Shown here piece after piece: positions 54,576 through 64,000 of a stretch of DNA of 64,000 nucleotides. The first letter of the stretch is position 1. Each line of letters begins with the position of its first letter. The notes beneath the pieces are model-generated. The model worked only from the letters and a program-made list of their open reading frames with translations. It ran no database searches and was not told the origin of the DNA. The position numbers and the translations under genes are program-made. The stretch is from Octopus sinensis (Eukaryota), in NCBI RefSeq assembly GCF_006345805.1, contig NC_043000.1, forward strand, positions 46,004,001 through 46,068,000. Reading direction: 5' to 3'.

Positions 54576-55388
54576 TTGCGCTGGTATGGTCATGTGGCGA
54601 GAATGGATGAAGATAGTTGTGTGAAAAAGTGCCACACCCTAGCGGTTGAGGGAACCTGTGGAAGAGGCAGACCCAGGAAAACCTGGGACGAGGTGGTGAA
54701 GCACGACCTTCGAACTTTAGGTCTCACTGAGGAAATGACTAGAGACCGAGACCTCTGGAAGTGTGCTGTGCGCGAGAAGACCCGGCAGGACAAGTGAGTC
54801 CATAACCCGTGGCCTTCTACATGGGATGGAGCCAGCCTACGTATGCATACCTTCCCTTCTTGGGACACAAAACTCTACTTGTGAAGACGTGTTGAGGCAA
54901 GTGAGGATCAGAATCGAAATCGATCAATGGAAATTGCGGATGTGCTACCAGTGCCGGTGGCATGTCGAAACTCTACTTGTGAAGACCCGTTGAGGCAAGT
55001 GAGGATCAGAATCGAAATCGATCAATGGAAATCGATCAATGGAAATTGCAGATGTGTTACCAGCGCAGGTGGTATGTAAGAGAACTTTCCGTTTCGCGAC
55101 CGTTGCCAGCACCGCCCCGTTTCGTGTCCGTTGACAGCCTCGCCTGGCCCTCGTGCCGGTGGCACATAAAAAGCACCATCCGTTCGTGGCCGTTTGCCAG
55201 CTCTGTCTGGCACCAGTGCGGGTGGCACGTAAAAAGCACCCACTACACTCACGGAGTGGTTGGCGTTAGGAAGGGCATCCAGCCGTAGAAACACTGCCAG
55301 ATTTGACTGGGCCTAATGAAGCCTTCTGGCTTCACAGACCCCAGTAGAACCGTCGAACCCATGCTAGCATGGAAAACGGACGCTAAAC

Positions 55389-55414
<26 letters not shown>
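54576..55414 (+). mobile_element. Young 5'-truncated RTE LINE inserted in the satellite
   Basis: LRWYGHVARMDEDSCVKKCHTLAVEGTCGRGRPRKTWDEVV...DRDLWKCAV* then 3' UTR and (GAT)n tail; flanked by ATTTTCATCAAAC on both sides. Confidence 0.93.
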
Positions 55415-55419
<5 letters not shown>

Positions 55420-57296
55420 ATCAAACTTTTTCATCAGACATTTTCATCTGACGTTTTCATAAAACATTTTCAACGAATATATTCAACAAATATATTCATC
55501 AAATATATTCAACATACAGAAAAATTTCAGCAGAAGTTTTCATCGAATATATTCATCAAGTATTTTCCAGAAATATTTTCATTTTCATCAAACATTTTCA
55601 TCATTTTCATATTTTATCAAACATACTCATCAGAGATTTTCATCAAAACTTTTCATCAAGCAATTTCATCAGACATTTTCATCAAACATTTTCCTCAAAC
55701 ATTTTCATCAATTATTTTCATCAAACATATTCATCAAATATTTTCATCTATCATTTTAATCAAACAGTTTCCTCAAACATTTTCATCAAACATTTACATA
55801 AAACATTTTCATCAAACATTTACTTAAAACATTTTCATCAAACATTTTCATGAGATTTTTTATCAAACATTTTCATCAGACATTTTCAAATATTCAAAAA
55901 TGTTTGATGAAAATATTTCATTAAAATATTTGATGATGTTTTATGAAAATGTCTGATGAAAATGTCTGATGAGTATGTTTGATAAAATGTTTGTTGAAAA
56001 TGTTTGATGAAAATGTCTGATGAAAATGTTTGATGAAAATATTTGATGAAAATATCTGATAAAATGTCTGATGAAAATGGTTGATGAAAATGTTTCAGGA
56101 AAATATTTGATGAATATATTAAAAATATTTGCTGCAATTTTTGTTGTTTGTTGAATATATTCCATGAAAATGTTTATGAAAATGTTTTATGTAAATGTTT
56201 GATGAAAATGTTTGATGAAAATGTTTGATGCAAATGTTTGATGAATACGTTTGATAAAATATTTGATGAAGATGTTTTATGAAAATGTCTGATGAAAATG
56301 TCTGATGAAATTGTTTGATGAAAATATCTGATGAAAATGTTTGATGAAAATGTTTGATGAATATATTTGATGAAAATGTCTGATGAAAATGTCTGATGAG
56401 TATGTTTGATAAAATGTTTGATGAAAATGTTTGAGGAAAATAACTAGTGAAAATGTCTGATTAAAATGAAAATGTTTCAGGAAAATATTTGATGAAAACT
56501 TTTGCTGAAATTTTTGATGTATGTTGAATATATTTCATGAAAATGTTCGTTGAAAATGTTTGATGTAAATGTTTGATGAAAATGTTTGATGAAAATGTCT
56601 TTTGAATGTGTTTGTTGAAAATGTTTGATGAAAATTTCTTATGAAAATGTTTGATAAAATTGTTTGATGAAGATGTTTGGTGAAAATGTTTGACGAAAAT
56701 GTTTGAATATATTTGATGTAAATGTTTGATGAAAATGTCTGATGAAAATGTGTGATGAGTATGTTTGATAAAATGTTTGATGAAAATGTTTGATGATAAT
56801 GTCTGATGAAAATGTCTGATGAAAATGTTTGAGGAAAATATCTAGTGAAAATGTCTGATTAAAATGAAAATGTTTCAGGAAAATATTTGATGAATATATT
56901 CGATGAAAACTTTTGCTGAAATATTTGATGTTTGTTGAATATATTTGATGAAAATGTTCGTTGAAAATGTTTGATGAAAATGTCTGATGAAAATGTCTGT
57001 TGAATGTGTTTGTTGAAAATGTTTGATGAAAATTTTTGATGAAAATGTTTGATAAAATTGTTTGATGAAGATGTTTGATGAAAATGTTTGATGAAAATGT
57101 TTCAGGAAAATATTTGGTGAATATTTTTGATGAAAACTTTTTTTTGAAATTTTTGATGTTTGTTGAATATATGTGACTAAAATTTTCGATGAAAATGTCT
57201 GATGACTATGTTTGATGAAAATGTTTGATGAATATATCGAATGATAACTTTTCGTTAATATGTCTGTTGAATATTTTTGATGAAAATATCTGCCAT

Positions 57297-57480
57297 CCTC
57301 GGAGCTTTCCAGTAAATCTCATTCACGGAATTTTCCCGGTGATTTTATCCTCGGAATTTGTAAGAATGTCTCAACCTCGGAAGTTTCCAGGATATCTCCC
57401 TTCCACGTAACTTTCAAGTATGTTCTCGGAATTTTCCAGGATGTCCCAACCACGGAACTTTCCAGTAAGTCTCTCAGCTA
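57297..57480. repeat. Degenerate ~25-bp minisatellite (CCTCGGAACTTTCCAG core)
   Basis: About seven CC(T/A)CGGA-anchored units abutting the satellite end. Confidence 0.7.
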
Positions 57481-58459
57481 GGGTTAGACTTTTGAGGGAA
57501 AAAAATTACCTCTGAAGTGATTTTCGTAGTTCACCATGTCAGCATAACGGTTGGTAATGACTTTAATATTTCCTTTTTATATAGATTAATCTGAAATTGT
57601 ATCCATTTCTTCGCAAATTAGGTAATTTCGGGGCTTATCTGCAATCATTTATATTTAAACGTTTCCTTTCAAAATCTATTTTCTTTTTTTTATATTAAAC
57701 TGGACTAGTATTTCGAAACAGCATAAATATCAAAGCATTTAACAATGAGCATTAAATATCAAAGATAAAAATAAATCATTTTCTTCCCTTGTCAAACTTT
57801 GGTCCTAACAACCTAAATGAGAAAACCGATATGACTGAAAGAATTTTAAAAGGGCTTTTATTTTTAGGCTGAGGTCAAACAGTCGAGTCCTTTCAACCAT
57901 ATCGTCAGTCTTTAGCAACATCAACTACAAAGAACTTGAGAGAAGTGACAGATAGAGAGAGGACAAGTACCTTCAAACATTTTCAGCATTGCAAGATTTC
58001 GGAGTTATCTTTGTCAGATTCTTCAAGAATCCATGTATTGAAAAGTAGCCGTAGATGCTGGTCATGTTGTTGTTCTTGTTGTTTGCTGCTACTGTTGTTG
58101 TCATATACTTTTTTATTTGATGCTACTTTGCTTCACAAGTTGGTTAGTCATAAATTCCCATGGGAATTTTAAGCCCAGATCCCTTTTATTTATTTATTTT
58201 GGTTCTTTGTTTTTGCTTTGAAACGAAATCTAGCTTCAAGCATCATACACTATTTTCTGAAACTGGTAAAATTATGTAGGGGTGCCAATTTTGATCTTGC
58301 ACCACCTGAAAATTCCAAGGTTTGCAGGTGCACCCGCTGCACCCCCTGTTCCCGGGCCCTTGAACACACACACACACACACACACTCATGCAATATCCAC
58401 ATGTATGTGTATGCACACACACATACACACATATATATATGTGTATATATATATATTCT

Positions 58460-58560
58460 TTTATTTCTTTTACTTGTTTCAGTCATTTAACTGCAGCCAC
58501 GTTGGAGTACTGCCTTTAGTCAAGCAATGCTGGGGGAACAAACACAAATACACACACACA
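58460..58560 (-). mobile_element. SINE B 3' fragment
   Basis: 'ttttacttgtttcagtcatttaactgcagcca'. Confidence 0.7.
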
Positions 58561-58581
58561 CGAATATATATATATATATAT

Positions 58582-58612
<31 letters not shown>

Positions 58613-58619
58613 ATATTAT

Positions 58620-58661
<42 letters not shown>

Positions 58662-58662
58662 A

Positions 58663-58718
<56 letters not shown>
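58560..58718. repeat. (TA)n microsatellite
   Basis: Directly visible. Confidence 0.95.
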
Positions 58719-58719
<1 letters not shown>

Positions 58720-59062
58720 TGGCTCCTGTCCTGGTGGGATATAAAAAGCACCATCTGAACGTGGTTGATGCCAGTGTCTCTTGACTGGATCCCATGCTGG
58801 TGATACGTAAAAGGCACTATTTGAACGTAATCAATGTCAGGACCGCCTGACTAGCTCCTGTACCAGTGGCACGTGAAAAGCACCCACTACACTCTCAGAG
58901 TAGTTAGCGTTAGGAAGGGAATCCAGCTGTAGAAACATTGCCAGATCAGTTTGGAGCCTGGTGCAGCTGCTGGCTCTCCAGACCTCGGTCAAACCATCCA
59001 ACCCAAGCCAGCATAGAAAACAGACATTAAACGATGATGAGGATGTTGCTGCTGATGATGAT
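58718..59062 (+). mobile_element. 5'-truncated RTE 3' UTR
   Basis: 'aaaagcacccactacactc...attaaacgatgatga'. Confidence 0.85.
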
Positions 59063-59283
59063 ATGTATATATATATGTGTATATATATACACTTATATAT
59101 AAGATAGATCGGTAGCCACTACACACATTTTATTCTCTCCTTGTTTCTTTCTGTGTTCCTTTCTGTGGAAGAGCATAGGCTCGAAACTTTAAAGACTTTT
59201 TCAATTCCCAAGTGTTATACTAATACATCTGTTTCTTTTCTACATCACCTGTCTTCGTCTTTTGTTTTTTTCATGAATTCTTG

Positions 59284-59284
<1 letters not shown>

Positions 59285-59338
<54 letters not shown>

Positions 59339-59350
59339 ATATATAGATAT

Positions 59351-59405
<55 letters not shown>

Positions 59406-59420
59406 GATATAAATATAGAT
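59285..59420. repeat. (TA)n/(GATA)n microsatellite
   Basis: Directly visible. Confidence 0.95.
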
Positions 59421-59476
59421 TGTGTGTATTTGTGTATGTATATATGTGTGTGTGTATATATATATATAAATACTGA

Positions 59477-59751
59477 TTGCTTAGCTACATACCGAAAAAT
59501 TAGAAATACCAGTCAAAGACTTTTTATTTCTATTTTCTATAAATGAAACTACACATACGACATATTCCTGTAATTCACATATGCAAAACAGAAGGAAGAA
59601 ATAGCAAAAGCAAAGTCTAAGGGTTATTCCTTTCTTCTGTTTTGCATATGTGAATTACAGGAATATGTCGTATGTGGAGTTTCATTTGTAGAAAATAGAA
59701 ATAAACAGTCTTTGACTGCTATTTCTAATTTTTCGGTATGTGGCTAAGCAA
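59477..59751. other. Near-perfect 118-bp-arm inverted repeat
   Basis: 59477-59594 pairs with 59634-59751 with about five non-Watson-Crick positions (by eye). Confidence 0.9.
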
Positions 59752-59859
59752 CCTGTTGCCTGCCCCTTTTATTTATATACAAAAATATATATTGAACTTA
59801 TTTTATAAAAGTTCCTACCCTTAATGGTTATATTTACATGCCGAAATCTACCCGTAAAT

Positions 59860-59947
59860 AATTCATCATTATCGTTTAACGTCCGTTCTCCATGCTAGCA
59901 TGGGTTGGATGGTTCGACTGGGGATCTGGGAAGCCAGAAGGCTGCAC
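59860..59947 (-). mobile_element. RTE 3' tail fragment
   Basis: 'atcgtttaacgtccgttctccatgctagcatggg'. Confidence 0.8.
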
Positions 59948-60281
59948 GAGTTGGTTTTTTTTTAACTATTAAAACTATTATTTACTCTTATTATATTACT
60001 ATATAAATACTGATGTAAATACATATATGTGTGTGTGTGCATACGTACATTCGTGTGTGTGCACATACATATAGAGCCTTTCAGCATAATATTGTTTATA
60101 TAGAAATTCTTGACACTGTTTGTATAAGAATATAGACCTAAAATGTAAAAATTACATCGTATGGGGTGAGAAAGCAAAAACACGCAATGATGGAAATTTA
60201 AAATAAATTTTCTGAGTTTTGTTATAGTCATGGTGGAACTTATTGGTCATATATGCATACATACATACATACATACATATA

Positions 60282-60441
60282 GGCGCAGGAGTGGCTGTGT
60301 GGTAAGTAGCTTGCTTACCAACCACATGGTTCCGGGTTCAGTCCCACTGCGTGGCACCTTGGGCAAGTGTCTTCTACTATAGCATCGGGCCGACCAAAGC
60401 CTTGTGAGTGGATTTGGTAGATGGAAACTGAAAAGAAGCCC

Positions 60442-60493
<52 letters not shown>

Positions 60494-60705
60494 TGTGTGT
60501 CTGTGTTTGTCTCCCCAACATCGCTTGACAACCGATGCTGGTGTGTTTACGTCCCCGTAAGTTAGCGGTTCAGCAAAAGAGACCGATAGAATAAGAATAA
60601 GTACTAGGCTTACAAAGGATAAGTCCTGAGGTCGATTTGCTCGACTAAAGGCAGTGCTCCAGCATGGCTGCAGTCAAATTACTGAAACAAGTAAAAGAGA
60701 GATTA
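60282..60705 (+). mobile_element. Full-length SINE B
   Basis: A box TGGCTGTGTGG, B box GGTTCAGTCCC, CORE-like CCTTGGGCAAGTGTCTT, central (TA)/(TG), GAGTAAAA-type tail. Confidence 0.92.
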
Positions 60706-61045
60706 AAGAAACATACATACATACATACATACCTCCACACACACACACATTATAGACATTGTAACCATTAATTTCTTTAACTCTGTTAATATCTAACAAT
60801 ACTCTTTTGTTTTAAATCAATATCTAGCTTGGGTTTGCATTTTTACAAACCAACAATACTCAGCAGTAAAAAGTCTTCCAGGATAATAGAATAGAAAACA
60901 TGTGAATAAAGTATTATAAAGAATGTAAAATACTCTTACAACCACATTCATATGCATTATGTATGTTATTAATGATTTAAAACACACAGCCATGTATCTT
61001 GTAATATAAATTTCAGACGTATGGAAAGCATTCATACATGAACAT

Positions 61046-61252
61046 TTTACTCTTTTACTTGTTTCAGTCATTTGACTGCAGCCATGCTGGAGCACCGCCT
61101 TTAATTGAGCAACTCGACCCCCGGGACTTATTCTTTGTAAGCCCAGTACTTATTCTATCGGTCTCTTTTGCCGAACCACTAAGTGACGGGGACGTAAACA
61201 CACCAGCATCGGTTGTCAAGCGATGTTGGATAGGACAAACACAGACACAAAA

Positions 61253-61287
<35 letters not shown>

Positions 61288-61516
61288 CATATTATCTCTA
61301 TGTTTAGCCCCTTGTGGGCAGTAAAGAAATATATATATATATATACATATATACGACGGGATTCTTTCAGTTTCTGTCTACCAAATCCACTCACAAGGCT
61401 TTGGTCAGCCCGAGGCTATAGTAGAAGACACTTGCCCAAGGTGCCACGCAGTGGGACTGAACCCGGAACCATGTGGTTGGTAAACAAGCTACTTACTACA
61501 CAGCCACTCCTGCACC
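61046..61516 (-). mobile_element. Full-length SINE B with a SINE A 3' fragment in its microsatellite
   Basis: Reverse complement of 60282-60705; SINE A end at 61285-61330. Confidence 0.92.
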
Positions 61517-63084
61517 TATATAATGTTAAAATATTTATGAAATTCTATTATTTACTATCAGAATCACTAGACATATCTCAATTATCATAGACTTTGTTAA
61601 TGACCATGTTTTAATTAATTCTATATTCTGTTGATTTACTTGTCGGAAATAGAGATGCCAAATTATATCTAATAAGATGACCAGTGTATGCTGATTATGA
61701 ATGTATTTATATTACTTAAGTATCTATTCTATATTCGAAATGAAATATGAAGAGTTTCGATACTATGATTAAGTTGGAAACAACCAAATTAGTAAATATT
61801 ACTGAAACCAACCAGCAATTTGCAGTGTGACTAGAAAAACTGTACTGGGTCATTAAAATATAAAGTTCAGTCTCAATATTGATTAAATGCACTACAAATT
61901 GATGAAATTATCTAATTTCATTTAGGGTTATGTTCGGTAAGCTTTCTCATATTTCATAACTGTTGGTGTCACAGTAATTAACAATTACTATATTTGGATT
62001 GAGGAAACAAAATTACATTTTGTTTATTTTTCATTTTCTTCACCTGTTTTTGTTTATCTAGAAACCATAGATTATGGGCACATGTTCAAAATAATTCAGA
62101 TTAGGACTTCTAATTACTGGTCTTACTCTGATTCATATAATAAGATTGGACGCATAACAACATGGTATCATCTGAACAAATCATACAAGAGAGAAACTTA
62201 CTGAAAAATACTTTAATTGCTAAGCTTAATTCTTCATTTGATAAGAGGTAACCAGCAATTAAGTTAAGTACTACTTTAGTAGGTTGGACCTTTTAACATT
62301 GAATTGAGCACTAATAAAATCCTGGCACTGTCAAATACATCAGGAGAGTTTCAATCTTCATTGTGGTGGTTCTTCACAGTGTTTCTTTTGGCAGTTATCT
62401 GGAGTACATAATTACAGACTAACATTTCTTGAAGCTACTAATAGAATCAATACTTCAACCAGAACTTCCAAAATGTAATTCCAAATGTGTTGTTTCGTAA
62501 AATACAATTTTAGCTTGTTTTCTTAAGATGCAACCATTTGGTCTAAAACTACACACATACACATATACATATACATACATGTGCATACATGCAAACGTGA
62601 GGATATAAACACTCACGCACAAACATAGTCATACACACTCACAAATACTTACACATGCATGCACACGCATACATGCACATACATGAAGAAAAGTACAGGG
62701 AGAACTTGATTAGTAATACCAAAATGGCATTTTACTAATGGCTGAAACACTACTGTTTGTTTGAATTGTAAACAATCTATTTATAAAATATATATTTCAG
62801 ATTCTTCAAAATGTTGTCGATGAGGCTGGGGAGAGGTTTGAATATGAGATCGAAAACTGTTTTGTAAATTAAATTTATCAATAGTATTGATTTTTTGTTG
62901 ATAGAACCCCCCCCCCCCCAAAAAAAAAAAGGAATTCAGAGGTATAATTAGCAAGTGTGATAGTAATTCAGCAGTGTTGAGCACGCCCATGCAAAGTTTA
63001 TTGAGTGATTTTCATACCCTAATATTTTGTTGTGTCTCTAGCCAAGACACTCAATCCTCAGTAAAACCTAACGTTAAGCAGTGA

Positions 63085-63313
63085 CAGGATGTGTCATGCA
63101 AATGGCACCTGTGCCAGTGGAATGTAGAAGTATCCATTACACTCTTGGAGTGGCTGGCATTAGGAAGGGCATCCAGCCATAGAAAAACCATGCCAAAATC
63201 ATACTGGAGTCTGGTGCAGCCTTCCAGTGTGCCAGCCCAGCCAAACCATCTAACCTATGCCAGCAAGGACAGCGGACATTAAATGATGATGATGATGAAG
63301 ATGATGATGATGA
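63085..63313 (+). mobile_element. Old RTE 3' UTR fragment
   Basis: 'ggcattaggaagggcatccagc...attaaatgatgatgatg'. Confidence 0.8.
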
Positions 63314-63499
63314 TTTTATCTATTTGAAGTTCTGAAGTTCAACTCTCCCTGTGAGTGAATGTTATAGAGAAAGATAGGGCCTATCAAGGTAACTGGCCCC
63401 TCGATATATTACACAGAGATAGAAAAAAATCCACTAAAATCTCTACAACTAGTTTCACTTAGTATAAGCAAACAAATACATAGTACTCACTCTCTTTCC

Positions 63500-64000
63500 A
63501 GTAATATACCCTTATCTTTAAAAATACATTAGAGTGCATCCAATTCCTAAGAAAGACAACTACCCTGGCCTTGCCAACTATTATCTCGTTGCAGTCATTT
63601 CTAATATCTGAACGGTAATGGAAATAACCATTAACAATGAAGTCCTCTGATATTTTGAATATCTTTCTTCCCAATTACAAGTGCTATCACTGTTTTTGGA
63701 GAGCCAGATCCACTGGAGAACTACTTTCTTGACATCAACAAATAGACACACACTTTAGAGAAATTCAATGAAATCAATGTTGTTGCCCTTGGCATCAATA
63801 AAGTCTTCAGCTGTGTCTGACGTGAATCTCTATTCAAAACCAACTTCCCATCTATATCTCTCTATCTCTCTCATTATTTGGATTAGTAGCTTCCTTTCAA
63901 ATTATATTATCAAAATGTTTCTTGATAAAAGTCTTCCATCCCATTCTCAGACAAGCTTGGTGAACCCCAGCATTTGGTTTTGTCTTCCATTCTGTTCTTC
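63500..64000 (+). pseudogene. Degenerate reverse transcriptase of a CR1/L2/Jockey-type LINE (runs off window)
   Basis: VHPIPKK...NY (63532), FWRARSTGELL, VVALGINKVFSCV (cf. VALDISKAFDRV), WISSFLSN, with stops and frameshifts. Confidence 0.8.

Larger units (their letters stand above)
39190..57290. repeat. ~18-kb satellite, 13-bp monomer TGATGAAAATGT(T/C), 15 alternating-orientation blocks
   Basis: Monomer directly visible. Orientation switches near 40365, 40675, 41341, 41668, 42647, 42977, 43592, 43912, 45843, 46214, 47290, 47674, 50700 and 55890. Confidence 0.97.

Noticed and set aside
39210-56165. Dozens of FIKHFHQTFSS-repeat ORFs as a repetitive protein gene
   Set aside because: They are the automatic translation of a stop-free 13-bp satellite strand; they occur in all frames and on both strands following block orientation, with no unique N- or C-terminus.
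39190-57290. Satellite as a hammerhead array (CTGATGA, GAAA and GTC all occur in the monomer)
   Set aside because: No pairing for stem II or stem III can be drawn between these words; coincidental.
39190-57290. Satellite as a C/D-box snoRNA cluster (TGATGA and CTGA words)
   Set aside because: Box C lacks the 5' purine, and there are no terminal stems or unique guide sequences.
39190-57290. CRISPR-like array (landmark motif with intervening sequence)
   Set aside because: Intervening DNA is tandem monomer, not unique spacers; eukaryotic context and no cas genes.
60282-60360. tRNA genes at SINE heads
   Set aside because: A and B boxes are present but no full cloverleaf; each continues into a SINE body.

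Overview
AT-rich, repeat-saturated eukaryotic DNA (intergenic or deep intronic). No intact host gene, rRNA, tRNA gene or CRISPR array can be supported. The tRNA-headed SINE families, RTE tails and dense microsatellites match what I recall of coleoid cephalopod (Octopus) genomes; this attribution is inference from memory, not a search result. Bases 1-39 kb and 57.5-64 kb are a nested mosaic of three SINE families, RTE/CR1/REL-type/Penelope retroelement fragments, non-autonomous Helitrons, a maT (DD37D)-like TIR element, MITE-like foldbacks and microsatellites. The dominant feature is an ~18 kb satellite (~39.2-57.3 kb) built on a 13-bp monomer (TGATGAAAATGTY). It switches strand 14 times; 12 of the switches reuse two stereotyped junction sequences. 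It also carries a recurrent non-monomer 'landmark' motif, 774-bp and 1447-bp higher-order duplications, and one RTE insertion. Other notable items: a type-I hammerhead ribozyme motif with all three stems readable in a Penelope-like element, three degenerate hammerhead relics, several long hairpins, and a 55-bp locally copied insertion. Nearly all ORFs in the supplied track are microsatellite or satellite artefacts. Coordinates were counted by eye; boundaries of degenerate elements are approximate.
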